In this document: positions 38,165 to 51,610 of the stretch, one piece after another
Layout of the letters: each line of letters begins with the position of its first letter
Position numbering within the stretch: the first letter of the stretch is position 1
DNA from: Malacoraja senta
Lineage: Eukaryota
Length of the DNA: 64,000 nucleotides
Direction of reading: 5' to 3'
Assembly (NCBI GenBank): GCA_038087875.1
Contig: CM075995.1
Span: 6,884,001-6,948,000, forward strand
Notes under the pieces: generated by a model
Seen by the model: only the letters and a program-made list of their open reading frames with translations
What the model was told of the DNA's origin: nothing
Database searches by the model: none
Position numbers and translations under genes: made by a program

Positions 38165-38835
38165 TGTAGGAAGGAACTACTGATGTTGATTTAAACCGAA
38201 GATAGACACAAAATGCTGGAGTAACTCAGCGGGACAGGCAGCATCTCTGGAGAGAAGGAATGGGTGATGTTTCGGTAGAAGGGTCTCGACCCGAAAAGCC
38301 ACCCATTCTCCCTAGATGCCAGCTGATCTACATCGGTGAGACCAAGCGGAGGCTTGGCGATCATTTCGCCGAACACCTCCGGTCAGTCCGCAAGAACCAA
38401 CCTGACCTCCCGGTGGCTCAGCACTTCAACTCCCCCTCCCATTCCGTGTCTGACCTCTCTGTCCTGGGTCTCCTCCATGGCCACAGCGAGCAACACCATA
38501 AATTGGAGGAAATGCACCTCATATTCCGCTTGGGCAGTCTACATCCTGGGGGCTTGAACATTGAATTCTCCCAATTCTGCTAGCCCTTGCTGTCCCCTCC
38601 CCTTCATCAGCCCTCTGGTTGTCTCCTCCCCTCCCCCAGCCCTCGGGCTCCTCCGCCTTTTTCCTTTTTTCCTTTCTTCTCCCCACCCCCTATCAGTCGG
38701 AAGAAGGGTTTCGGCCCGAAACGTTACCTATTTCCTTCGCTCCATAGATGCTGCTGCACCCGCTGAGTTTCTCCAGCATTTTTGTGTACCTCCAGAGATG
38801 CTGCCTGCCCGCTGAGTTACTCAAACATTTTGTGT
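38165..38835 (+). mobile_element. Penelope-like element fragment (GIY-YIG endonuclease + pseudo-LTR)
   Basis: Peptide LIYIGETKRRLGDHFAEHLRSV...LEEMHLIFRLGSLHPGGLNIEF; flanking hammerhead-like motifs. Confidence 0.85.
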
Positions 38836-38899
38836 CACGCTTGGTCAATGGCTCCATCTAGTGCTCTTTGTCAGCACTGCAGCCGCAGATCCTTTTCGT

Positions 38900-39165
38900 T
38901 TGGAGATACAGCGTGGAAACAGGCTCTTTGGCAACGACCAGCGATCACCCCCTCCCTTACGCTAGTTCTATCCTACACATTGGGGACAATTTACAGAAGC
39001 CAATTAGCCTATTCTTTTGAATGTGGGAGGAAACCGGCGCTCCCGGGGAAAACCCACGCATGTCACGGGGAGAATGTACAAACTCCATACAGACAGCATC
39101 CGTATTCGGGATCGAACCCGGGTCTCTGGCGCTGTGAGGCAGCGACTACTACTGCGCCACTGTGC
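38900..39165 (-). mobile_element. HE1-like SINE
   Basis: Same consensus as 32830-33125. Confidence 0.75.
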
Positions 39166-39434
39166 CACTACTTCAAAGTCTAAAGCAATGTGTGTACAGA
39201 TTGCAGTGTGGGCAGTGTGTGATGTATCACCAGCTACCACCGCAGCCGTCATCTCCCAGCTTCCTGCTGTTCATTCATCCACTTGGCCCACTTGGCTTTG
39301 GTCTGGCAAACAACACCAGGCATCATTATTCCAACATGTCCCAGCTACACTAGTCCCACCTGACTGTATTTGGCCCAATTAACAAAGGTACAGCGGTTAT
39401 CATTGGGTGACTTTAATCTACATATAGACAATAG

Positions 39435-40293
39435 ACTATGACTTGGGGGCGACGCATGATGGCAGCCTCTGCCTACAGTCTGTTTGTCTTTCTGTCTTTT
39501 TTATTTTTAGTGTGTTTAAAGTATGTTTTGGAAGATTTATTTTTAGTATTTTATGTGGGGAGGGGGGTAGGGTAAGGGGGAAACTGTCCTTCAGTCACTT
39601 CCTGGTGAGGATGCGACTATTATCCGAGTCACGTCCTCGCCCCCCCCTCGCGGCCTACCAACTGGATTGGCGCGGCCTTTCCTGCCGGGGAACGGACCAC
39701 TGCTTCAGCAGCGGCGGCGCAGCGCTGGATACATCGCAGAGCGGGCGATGCCTTACCTGGGATCACCGTTTGAAGCTCCTCCGGAGTGTTGAGCCTGCTG
39801 CATCAACATCACAGAGCTGTGCTTTACAGAGCTCCCAGCGCGGGCGGCGCTGACCAACATCGCGGAGTCCTGGGACCCTTTGCAGAGGGCCGCCAGCTTT
39901 GTATCTCCACCCAGCTCGGCCTGTGGACTTCGGGAGCCGCGGACTCCAGTAGGAAGTGGCAGATTCGGAGGTCCAAGCTGCTGAGGATGTTCTTCCGTTC
40001 TGACGTCAGAGTTCCATCATCCCGGCGAGAGGGCCTGAACACCTGGCTGCCCGTAGCGGCGACTACGGGGGGCTCGGGAGGCCCTGACCACGGGTGAATA
40101 TCAAAGAACATTAAAGAGGAGGTTGACTGAACTTTGGTGCCTTCCCTCACAGTGGGAAAGTTTATATTATAGACTATCGTGTTCTTTGTTCTTATTTGTT
40201 TTATTCGTATGGCTGTATGGTGAAATAAGCATTTCGTGTCTCTGTACTTGTACTCTGCACAATGACATAAAGTTGAATCTAATCTAATCTAAT
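39435..40293 (+). mobile_element. GC-rich non-coding retroposon
   Basis: Homologous to 24897-25745; (aatct)n tail; flanked by tagacaatag at 39425 and 40295. Confidence 0.72.
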
Positions 40294-40294
40294 G

Positions 40295-43200
40295 TAGACA
40301 ATAGGTGCAGGAGTAGGCCATTCAACCCCTCAGCCATTCAATGTGATCATGGCTGATCATCCACTATCAATTCCCCGTTCCTGCCTTCTCCCAATATCCC
40401 TTCACTCCGCTATATTTAAGAGCTCTGTTTAGCTCTCTCTTGAAAGCATCCAGAGAACCTGCCTCCACCGCCGTCTGAGGCAGAGAATTATTTCCTCACC
40501 TCCGTTCTAAATGGCTTACCCTTATTCTTAAACTGTGGCCCCATGGTTCTGGACTCCCCCATGGTTCCTGCCTCTAGCGTGTCCAAACCCTTAACAATCT
40601 TATATGTTTCAATAAGATTCCCTCTCTTCTTTCTAAATTCCAGAGTATACAAGCCCAGCCGCTCCATGTCCAAGATGGCTGCCGGAAGGGAGAGTGGACG
40701 CTGGCGCGCTTTAGCAGCCGCTGCACTCTCTTCCATATTGTGTTTTTGATTTTTGTTTTTGGATTGACTTCTGGCTTTAATTTGTGTACTCGTGATGTCT
40801 TTATTATTTATTTCATTCCGCTTACATGTTTCTGCTATTTGTTAAACTTTGTAAGGTGTCCTTGAGACTTTTGAAAGGCGCCCATAAATAACGTTTATTA
40901 TTATTATTATTATTATTCTATCAACATATGACAGTCCTGCCATCCCGGGAATTAACCTGGTGAACCTACGCTGCACTCGCTTAATTGCAAGAATGTCCTT
41001 CCTCAAATTAGACCAAAACTGCACACAATACTCCAGGTGTTTGAGTTTTGTATAGTGTTTTTTTTAAACTGGGGTATGTGTTGGGGGGCGGGGGGCGGGG
41101 GGTGGGGGTGGGGAAACTTTTAAAAATCTTTTCCCTGCACGGGAGACCCGACCTTTCTCTGTCGGGTCTCCGTTGTCGTTGGGGCCCAGCACCGTGGAGC
41201 GGCCTCCAACCGGAACGACCTGGGGCTCCAGTCGCAGAGCCTGCGGACTACTCACCATCGTGGAGCTGGCCGAGTTCGGAGCGGGAGGAGCTGTGGTGGC
41301 GCGCTGCTGCTACCCGACCCCGGAGATTCGGAGGTTTCAGCCGCAGGTCTGGTGGATGGTAACATCGGGAGCTCGCGGGTCCATGGTGGGAGACCGCTTT
41401 TCGATGCTCCTGCAACGGCATCTACTCCCGCCCGAGTTGCGGGGTTGGGGATGACCTGGAGCGGGGTCTGGCATCGCCCGGCGCGGCATTGGTGGCCGTC
41501 GGACTTGCTGCCGCTATCGGGGGCTACAACATCAAGACCCGGAGCGTGGCCTTGCATCGCCCGGCGCGGCTTTAATGGCCGCGGGACATATCTACAATCG
41601 CCCGCCGGGGGCTTTGACTTTGACATCGGGAGGAGAATGGGGAGTGCAGGGGAGAGATAAGACTTTGCCTTCCATCACAGTGAGGAGGAGATTCACTGTG
41701 ATGGATGTTTGTGTCAATTGTGTTGTGTCTTGGTTCTTTTTTACTTGTTTGTATGACTGCAGAAACTGAATTTCGTTTGAACTTAGGTTCAAATGACAAC
41801 AAATAAATATCTATCTATCTATCTATCTAGGTCCCCGTACAACTGCAGAAGGACCTCTTTGCTCCTATATTCAACTCCTCTTGTTATGAAGGCCAACATG
41901 CGATTTGCTTTCTTCACTGCCTGCTGTACCTGCTTGCTTACTTTCAGTGACTGATGTACAAGGAACCCTTTGTACTACTCCTTTTCCCAACTTGAATCCA
42001 TTTAGATAATAACCTGCCTTCCTGTTGTTGCCACCAACGTGGATACCCTCACATTTATCCACATTAAACTGCATCTGCCATGCATCTGCCCACTCACCCA
42101 ACCTGTCCAAGTCACCCTGCATCCTCATAGCACCCTCTTCACAGTTCACAATGCCACCCAGCTTTGTGTCATCTGCAAATTTGCTAATGTTACTTTTAAT
42201 CCTTAATGTATATGTAAATAGCTGCGGTCCCAGCACCGAGCCTTGCGGTACCCCACTAGTCACTGCCTGCCATTCTGAAAGGGACCCGTTAATCCCTACT
42301 CTTTGTTTCCTGTCTGCCAACCAATTTTCTATCCATGTCAGCACTATACCCCCAATACCATGTGCTCTAATTTTGCCCACTAATCTCCTATGTGGGACCT
42401 TATTAAACTTTCTGACCTTATCAATTTTTGTCCTCATCAAATACCTAAAGAAGCTTTTACTATCCTCCTTTATATTCTTGGCTAGCTTACCTTCATACCT
42501 CATCTTTTCTCCCCGTATTGCCTTTTTAGTTATCTTCTGTTCTTTAAACGTTTCCCAATCCTATGGCTCCCCACTCATCTTTGCTATGTTATACTTCTCT
42601 TTTATTTTTATACTGTTCCTGACTTCCCTTGACAGCCATGGTCACCCCTTACTCCCCTTGGAATCTTTCTTCCTCTTTGGAATGAGCTAATTCTGCATCT
42701 TCCGTATTATTCTGAGAAATACCTGCCATTGTTCCACTGTCAACCCTGCTAGGGTATCTTTCCAGTCAACTTTGGCCAGCGCCTCCCTCATGCCTCCATT
42801 ATCCCCTTTGCACAACTGTAATAGTAACACTTCCAATTTTCTCCTCTCCCTCTCAAATTGTAGATTAAAACATCATATTATGGTCACTACCTAATGGCTC
42901 CTTTACCTCAAGATTCAAGATTCAAGAAAGTTTATTGTCATGTGTCCCAGATAGGACAATGAAATTCTTGCCTTGCTTCAGCACAGCAGAATATAGTAGG
43001 CACAAATAAATACAGAACAGAACAGATCAGTGTGTCCATATACCAATGAATATATATATATATACACATAAATAACAGATAAAGTGCAATAGGCTATTAA
43101 CAATCAGAGTTTTGTTTGAGTTGAGTTTAATAGCCTGATGGCTGTGGGGAAGTAGCTATTCCTGAACCTGGATGTTGCAGATTTCAGGTTCCTGTACCTT

Positions 43201-46175
43201 CTACCTGAAGGCAGCGGGGCGATGAGTGGGTGGCCATGATGGTGTGGGTCTTTGATGATGCTGGCAGCCTTTTTGAGGCAACGACTGCGATAGATCCCCT
43301 CGATGGTGGGGAGGTCAGAGCCGATGATGGACTGGGCAGTGTTTACAACTTTTTGCAGTCTTTTCCGCTCCTGGGCGCTCAAGTTGCCGAACCAAGCCAC
43401 GATGCAACCGGGCAGCATGCTCTCTACTGTGCACCTGTAGAAGTTCGAGAGAGTCCTCCTTGACAAACCGACTCTCCGTAATCTTCTCAGGAAGTAGAGG
43501 CGCTGATGTGCTTTCTTTATAATTGCATCCGTGTTCTCGGACCAGGAGAGATCTTCAGAGATATGCACGCCCAGGAATTTGAAGCTCTTGACCCTCTCCA
43601 CCATCGACCCGTTGATATAAACGGTACTATGGGTCCCCATACTACCCCTTCCAAAGTCCACAATCAGTTCCTTGGTTTTGCTGGTGTTGAGGGCCAGGTT
43701 ATTGTGCTGGCACTATTTGGTCAAACGGTCGATCTCACTTCTGTACTCTGACTTGTCCCCATCAGTGATACGTCCCACAACACTGGTGTCGTCAGCGAAC
43801 TTGATGGAGTTTGCACTATGACCGGCTACGCAGTCATGCGTATAGAGTGAGTGCAGCAGGGGGCTAAGCACGCAGCCTTGAGGTGCTCCCGTGCTGATTG
43901 TTATCGAGGCTGACACATTTCCACCAATACGGACAGACTGGTATGTGAATGAGGAAGTCGAGGATCCAATTGCAGGGGGATGCGCAGAGACCCAGTTCTG
44001 AGAGTTTGGTAACCAGCTTGGAGGGGATGATTGTATTAAATGCCGAGCTGTAGTCAATGAATAACAGCCTGACATATGAGTTTTTGTTGTCCAAGTGGTC
44101 CAGAGCGGAGTGGAGGGCCAGCGAGATTGCATCCACCGTTGATCTGTTGTGGCGGTAGGCGAACTGCAGTGGGTCCAGGTTTTTCTCGAGATGTGAGTTG
44201 ATTTGCGCCTCAAAGCACTTCAACACCACCGACGTTAGTGCCACTGGTCGATAGTCATTGAGGCACGTCATCTTGCTCTTCTTGGGCACTGGTATAATTG
44301 ATGCCCTTTTAAAGCAGGTGGGAACCTCAGACCTCAGAAGTGAGAGGTTGAAAATGTCCGTTAAAAACTCCAGCCAGTTGGTCCGCACAGGTTTTTAGAA
44401 TACGACCGGGTATACCATCAGGTCCAGGCGCTTTCCGGGGGTTCATCCCTCTGAAGGATTTTCTGACGTCGACCTCTGTGACCGTGACCGAAATACCATC
44501 ACAGCGAATGGGGGCTCGAGAAGGCACATCAGTGTTCTCCCTATCAAAGCATGCGTAAAACGCATTGAGCTCGTCAGGGAGTGAAGTTTCGTTGCCTCAT
44601 GATTTTGCCTTGTAGGAAGTGATTGCATTCAGGCCCCGCCACAGCTGCCGAACATCCGTCTCAACCTCCGGCTTGGAGCAGGTCCCTTTTGGCCTTTTTA
44701 ATGGCCTTACAAAGGTCGAATCTTGTCATCTTGTAGTCCTCGGTATCTTCAGACATGAATGCCTGGTGTCTGGACTTCAGAAGAGTGCGGATCTCATAGT
44801 TCATCCAAGGCTTCTGATTGGGAAACACTTGGAAGGTTTTTGTTGGGATGCAGTCCTCCACACAATTTTTTATGAAGTCTGTAACGACTGTGGCGTATTC
44901 GTTCAGGTCCGTTGCCGAGTCCCTGAACATTGCCCAGTCTACAGACTCTGTTTGGAGTCCTGGAGTTGTTCCTCTGCCCCCCCCACCCCCGACCAGCTCT
45001 GAACAGTCCTCACCTCCGGGAATGCGCTCTTTAATTGCTGCCTGTAGGCAGGAAGAAGCAGCACCGCAGTATTGTCGGATTTACCGAAGTGGGGGCGAGG
45101 GATAGAGCGATAGGCATCCTTGATGGTGGTGTAGCTGTGGTCGAGGGTGTTTGGTCCTCTGATGCAGCAGGAGACATGTTGGTGGAAGTTAGGGAGCGAT
45201 TTCTTGAGGTTTGCTTTGTTGAAGTCCCCAGCTATGGTGGTAAACGCCTCGGGGTAAGACGTCTGGTGTTTGTTGACCACGGCGTGCAGCTCCTCCAGTG
45301 CCAGACGGACGTCTGCCTGGGGTGGGATGTAGACCGCGGTCAGGATGATGGAGGTAAATTCCCTCGGAAGGTCGAAGGGGCGGCACTTCACCGCCAGATG
45401 TTCGAGGTGTGGAGAGCAGGAGTTGGACAAGACTGCCACGTCTGAGCACCACGCAGAGTTGACCATGAGGCAGACGCCCCCTCCTCTCCCTTTCCCAGAT
45501 GCCAGTGTACGGTCCATACGGTGGATGGAGAACCCTTCAGGCTGGACCGCTGAGTCTGGGTTCCCTTATCAAATCCGGTTCATTGCACAACAATAAATCC
45601 AGAATTACCTTCTCCCTGGTAGGCTCCGGTGCAAGATGCTCTAAAAATCCATCTCAGAGGCACTACACAAACTCCCTTTCTTTCTTGGGGTCCAGTACCA
45701 ACCTGATTTTCCCATTCTACCTGCATGTTGAAATCTCCCATAACCACCGTAGCAATATCTTTGCTACATTTGCTACAATTTTAACTCTTGATTCAACTTG
45801 CACCCTATATCCAGGCTACTGTTTGGGGGCCTGTAGATAACTCCCATTAGGGTCTTTTTATTCTTACAATTCCTCAGTTCTATCCATACTGACTCTACAT
45901 CTCCTGATTCCATGTCGCCCCTCGCAAGGGACTGAATTTCATTCATCACCAACAGAGCTACCCCACCCCCTCTGCCCACCTGTCTGTCTTTTCGATATGA
46001 TGTATATCCCTGAATATTCAGTTCCCAGCCCTGGTTCTTTTGCAGCCATGTTTCTGTAATTCCAACAACATCACACTTGCCAATTTCTAACTGAGCCTCA
46101 AGCTCATCCACTTTATTTCTTATACTTTGCGCATTCATATACAACAATTTAACTTTGGTATTCACCTCCCCTCTC
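40295..46175 (-). mobile_element. Degenerate long CR1 (APE to tail) carrying three nested insertions
   Basis: APE peptide LYMNAQSIRNKVDEL..VGITETWL at 45.8-46.2 kb, RT at 41.8-42.5 kb and tail at 40.3 kb. Insertions at about 40667-40917, 41045-41828 and 42910-45560. Confidence 0.82.
42910..45560 (-). mobile_element. Rex1/Babar LINE, APE + RT, frameshifted
   Basis: [47 protein letters not shown] and FADD motifs; (caagatt)n tail; CR1 sequence rejoins across it. Confidence 0.92.
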
Positions 46176-47142
46176 ACACTATTCTCTGTTCCCCTACTCT
46201 GGACAAGTGACTCTGCATCTACCCGATCTATTCCTCTCATGATTTTATACACCTCTATAAAATCACCCCTCATCCTTCTGCGCTCAAAGAATCGAGTCCT
46301 AGCCTTCTCACCCTCTCCCTGTAACTAAGGCTCTTGAATCCTGACAACATCCTCATAAATTGCCTCGGAACCTTTTCTACCTTGAAATGATTATACACAT
46401 GTATTATCAATGTATGTTTTAATTGGTGATTTTAGTAAATAATTTTAGTTCCTGACTGATATTGTTGGAATCATTATGTATTTATGTTCAGTTCAGTTTA
46501 GTTTATTGTCACGTGTACCAAGGTACAGTGAAAAGCGAACCAGTCAGCAGAAAGACAATACATGATTATAATCGAGCCATTTACAATGTACAGATTCATG
46601 ACAAAGGAATAACGTTTAGTGCAAGGTAAACCCAGTAAAGTCCAATCAAAGATAGTCCGAGGGTCACCAATGAGGTAGATAGTAGTTCAGGACTGCTCTC
46701 TGGTTGTGGTAGGATGGTTCAGTTGCCTGATAACAGCTGGGAAGAAACTGTCCCTGAATCTGGAGGTGTGCGTTTTCACACTTCTATAACTTTTGCCCGA
46801 TGGGAGAGGGGAGAAGAGGGAGTGTCCAGGGTGCAAGTCGACCTTGATTATGCTGCTGGCCTTGCCGAAGCAGCGTGAGGTGTAAATGGAGTGAACGGAA
46901 GAGGGGGTTGGGTTTGTGCGATGGTCTGGGCTGCGTCCACAACTCTGCGGTCCTGGATGGAGCTGTTCCCAAACCAAGCTGTGATGTGTCCCGATAATTC
47001 TGTATTGATGGCCTTACACTGGAAGAAGACACAGTTGTTCACAACAAAATGGTGATTTTATTTAGGTTAAAACATTGTGTTTCTTGAAAAGAATCTGAAG
47101 AATGAAGTATTAAGTGACTTTAATGGAGATTTTGAAAAGTCG

Positions 47143-48380
47143 CTACAAAGCTCGGTTTTGCTTCTCAAACCTTAAAATGTAAACCAAGGGAGCTCGGATA
47201 AATGTATGAGACTGGCGCGCAGATACTTGGCTTATGGGAATGTTGTTGCAGCACAAGATGTGGAGCAGGTAGCAGGACCAGAACTTGACCTTGATGGACG
47301 TGACATTGCTGTCCCTGCTGTTGATCATGGACACCAGAGTGGTCAGGATCTGCTGGTCCACCACGGTGTTCTGGTTGCCGGCGTTGTTGTAACAGATCCC
47401 CGCCAAGCTCTGGAGCACTGTGATCTGGTCCATCTCCGTGTATATGGTCTGGTTCAGGTAACGCAGGAGAGGCTCGATGTAGGGCTGCACATAGTTGGCA
47501 GCCTCTGGCCCACGTGGTGGAGAGGAGACACCAACGTCATCTAACAGCAAGGACGGCTCCTTGAGGCTCATCGGCCGGCGGCACCAGGAAGCTACCCGAA
47601 GACTCGACAGTTCATAAGGTCATAAGTGATAGAAGCAGAATTAGGCCAATCGGCCCATCGTCTACTCTACCATTCAATCACGGCTGATCTATCTCTCCCT
47701 CCTAACCCCATTCTCCTGCCTTCTCCCCATAACCCCTGATCAGCGACCCGCCCGAAGACTGTTCAGTTCATGTCCATAATAACACAAACCAACCTCTCTT
47801 CCATCTACACTTCACGCTGCTTCGGCTAAACCAGCAGCATAATCAAGGACCAGCCTCACCCCGGTCACTCCTCTTCTCCCCTCTCCCATCAGGCAAGGCA
47901 AGGTAACCGACATACCCGTACGTGTTTGGCATGTGGGAGGAAACCGAGGATCTCGGAGAAAACCCACGCAAGTCACGGGGAGATCGTACAAGCTCCTTAC
48001 AGTTAGCAACGGTAGTCGGGATCAAACCCTGGTCTCTGGCCCTGTAAGTGCTGTAAGGCAGCAACTCTACAAGTTCACAAGTGATAGCAGCAGAATTAGG
48101 CCATTCAGCCCATCAGGTCTACTTCGCCATTCAATCATGACTGATCTAATTCTCCCTCCTAACCCCATTCTACTGCCTTCTACCCGTAACCATTTGATCA
48201 GGAACCCGTCCGAAGGCTTGTCGGTCGATGGGACCGGGTACCCACCTGAAGGGGCATGTTCGCCGACGTGGGTAAGCTGGGCTGAAGGGCCTGTTTCCGT
48301 GCTCTATCTCTCAAACAAGACTAAACAAAAAAGATAGTAAGTTGACATTATGCCCAACTTATTATGCCCAATGAAGCCGC
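47143..48380 (-). pseudogene. Partial ARMH2-like duplicate (exon 2, intron, about 25 nt of exon 1)
   Basis: Copy of 49602-50883. Acceptor CAG>CAC at 47514, donor replaced, 17-bp and 34-bp deletions in exon 2, no start codon. Confidence 0.85.
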
Positions 48381-49210
48381 AAGAGGACCAGGGCTGGGAA
48401 CTGAATACTCAGCGGTATACATCTTATCGAAAAGACAGACACGTGGGCAGAGGGGGTGGTGCAGCTCTGTTGGTGAGGAATGAAATCCAGTCCTTGCGAG
48501 GGGTGACATAGAATCAGGAGATGTAGAGTCAGTATGGATAGAACTGAGGAATTGTAAGGGTAAGAAAGTGAATGGCATGTTGGCCTTCATAACAAGAGGA
48601 GTTGAGTATAGGAGCAATGAGGTCCTCCTGCAGTTGTACAAGGCCCTAGTGAGACCACACCTGGAGTATTGTGTGCAGTTTTGGTCTCCAAACTTGAGGA
48701 AGGACATTCTTGCTATTGAGGCAGTGCAGTGTAGGCTCAAGAGGTTAATTCCCCGGATGGCGGGACTGTCATATGTTGATAGATTGGAGCGCCTGGGCTT
48801 GTATACTCTGGAATTTAGAAGGATGAGAGGATATTGTATTGAAACATATAAGATTATTAACAGCTTGGACATGCTAGAGGCAGGAAACATGTTCCCAATG
48901 TTGAGGGAGTATAGAACCAGGAGCCATAGTTTAACGATAAGTGGTAAGCCATTTAGAACGGCGATTAGGAAAAACATTTTCACACAGAGAGTTGTGATTG
49001 TGGAATTCTCTGCCTCAGAGGGCGGTGGAGGCTGGTTCTCTGGATGCTTTCAAGAGAGAGTTAGATGGAGCTCTTAAAGATAGCAGAGTCAAGGGATATG
49101 GAGAGAAAGCAGGAACAGGGTATTGATTGTGGATGATAAGCCATGATGTCATTGAATGGTGGTGCTGGCTCGAGTGGCCGAATGGCCTATTCCTGCACCT
49201 ATTGTCTATT
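48381..49210 (+). mobile_element. Internally deleted CR1 between the two ARMH2 blocks
   Basis: An APE piece (48381-48568) is fused to the C-terminal region and tail. Confidence 0.85.
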
Positions 49211-49601
49211 GACATGGGAATAACGTTTAGTGCAAGATAAACCCAGTAAAGTTTAAAGGTCACCAATGAGGTAGATAGTAGTTGTGGTGGTACACTGCTC
49301 TCTAGTTGTGGTAGGATGATTCAGTTGCATGATAACAGCTGGGAAGAAACTGTCCTTGAATCTGGAGGTGTGCGTTTTCACACCTATAACTGCGTCCACA
49401 ACTCTGCGGTCCTGGATGGAGCTGTTCCCAAACCAAGCTGCGATGTGTCCCGATAATTGTGTGTTGATGGCCTTATACTAGAAGAAGACACAGTTGTTCC
49501 CAACAAAATGGTGATTTTATTTAGGTTAAAACATTGTGTTTCTTGAAAAGAATCTGAAGATTGAAGTATTAAGTGACTTTAATGGTGAATTTGAAAAGTC
49601 G

Positions 49602-50023
49602 CTACAAAGCTCGGTTTTGCTTCTCAAACCCTAGAATGTAGAGCAACACTTGGGCATAATTGTCTGGCCAACCAAACCAAGAGAGCTCGGATAAATGTAT
49701 GAGACTGGCGCGCAGATGCTTGACCTTATTGAGGCGCCGGATTATGGGAATGTTGTTGCAGCACAAGACGTGGAGCAGGTAGCAGGACCAGAACTTGACC
49801 TTGATGGACGTGACATTGCTGTCCCTGCTGTTGATCATGGACACCAGAGTGGTCAGGATCTGCTGGTCCACCACGGTGCTCTGGTTGCCGGCGTTGTTGT
49901 AACAGATCCCCGCCAAGCTCTGGAGCACTGTGATCTGGTCCTTCTCCGTGTATATGGTCTGGTTCAGGTAGCGCAGGAGAGGCTCGATGTAGGGCTGCAC
50001 GCAGTTGGCTGCCTCTGGCCCAC
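49602..50023 (-). CDS. ARMH2: ARMH2-like exon 2 (armadillo-like helical domain)
   Basis: Acceptor tctcctctccaccag|GT, phase 1. GGPEAAN, LQSLAGICYNN, KFWSCYLLHVLCCNN and WFGWPDNYAQVLLYILGF match my recollection of human ARMH2 (GGPPAGN, LQSVACWCYLN, KFWTCYVLSVMTCNN, WSGWTENFAEVLYFLIGF). AATAAA at 49516-49521. Confidence 0.88.
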
Positions 50024-50852
50024 CTGGTGGAGAGGAGACATCAACATCATCTAACAGCAAGGACGGCTCCTTGAGGCTCATCGGCCGGCGGCACCGGGAA
50101 CCCACCCCAAGGCTCGACAATTCATATGGTCATAAGTGATAGAAGCAGAATTAGGCCTTTCGGTCCATCAAGTCTACTCTGCCATTCAATCACGGCTGAT
50201 CTATCTCTCCCTCCTAACCCCATTCTCCTGCCTTCTCCCCATAACCCCTGACCAGGGACCCGCCCGAAGGCCTTCAGTTCATGTCCATAATAACACAAAC
50301 CAACCTCTCTTCCATCTACACTTCACGCTGCTTCGGCAAGACCAGCAGCATAATCAAGGACCAGCCTCACCCTGGTCACTCCCTCTTCTCCCCTCTCCCA
50401 TCAGGCAAGGCAAGGTAACCGACATACCCGTACGTGTTTGGCGTGTGGGAGGAAACCGAGGATCTCGGAGAAATCCCACGCAAGTCACGGGGAGATCGTA
50501 CAAGCTCCTTACAGACAGCAACGGTAGTCGGGATCAAACCCTGGTCTCTGGCGCTGTAAGTGCTGTAAGGCAGCAACTCTACAAGTTCACAAGTGATAGG
50601 AGCAGAATTAGGCCATCAAGTCTACTTCGCCATTCAATCATGACTGATCTAGCTCTTCCTCCTAATGCCATTCTTCTGCCTTCTACCCCGTAACCATTGA
50701 TCAGGAACCCGCCCAAAAGCTTGTCGGTCGATGGGACCGGGCACCCAACCGAACAGGCATGTTTGCCGACGTGGGCAAGCTGGGCTGAAGGGCCTGTTTC
50801 CGTGCTGTATCTCTCAAACAAGACTAAACTAAAAGATAGTAAGTTGACAAAC

Positions 50853-51054
50853 CTGTATAACTTATTATGCCCAATGAAGTCGCTGCCTGCAGCCTGTTAT
50901 ACAATGGCAGATGAGTTTTCAGCAACGCCTGTCCGTAATCCTTAATCTGTTTGATATAAACTTTGCCTCTCAGCAAGTCGTCATCGTCTTCCGCGTTGAG
51001 GAAGAATTCGTGGTTGGTCCGACTTAGACGAAATATGTCCAAAAATTTGAACAT
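50853..51054 (-). CDS. ARMH2: ARMH2-like exon 1
   Basis: ATG at 51054. GQALLKTHLPLYNRLQAATSLGIISYT-G resembles human [28 protein letters not shown]. Donor ACAG|gtttgt, phase 1. 202 + 422 nt = 208 codons including the stop. Confidence 0.85.
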
Positions 51055-51308
51055 TTTATGTAGTTGCCTTTACAGTGACCGTTAAAGGAATCAACAGAGT
51101 GGGATTCAGGGATGTTTCAGCTCTGAACAGCAGATTGCCTTTGACTCTCTCGATGGAATTCAATTCTAGAAGAATATGGTGAGGTGGACAAAGAGCAACT
51201 GTGATGCCTCTCTTTGTGCTGTCATCAAATTCCGCTGTAAGAATGATGTGGTATCTTGAAGAATGACATTGCACTTGAACATAGATCATTGAACATAGAA
51301 CAGTACAG

Positions 51309-51610
51309 GGTGGGCACGGTGGCTCAGCGGTCGAGCTACTGCCTCACAGTGCCAGAGGCCCGGGCTCGATCACAACTACGGGTGGGGCTTGGCTGTACGG
51401 AGTTTGAACGTTCTCCCCGTGACCTGCTTGGGTTTTCTCTGAGATCTTCGGTTTCCTCCCGCACTCCAAAGACACTCCAAAGGATTTGTAGGTTAATGGG
51501 CTTCGGTAAAATTGAAAGTTGTTCCTAGTGTGTGAGGGATAGTGTTAGTGTATGGGGGTGATCGCAGGTCGGAGCGGACTCGATGGGCCGAAGGGCCTGT
51601 TTCCCCCGCT
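51309..51610 (+). mobile_element. HE1-like SINE upstream of ARMH2
   Basis: tggctcagcggt A box, central domain and tail. Confidence 0.75.

Noticed and set aside
49602..50120. Single-exon 172-aa ORF as listed
   Set aside because: The N-terminal part is intron. Homology begins at the acceptor at 50023 and continues in exon 1.
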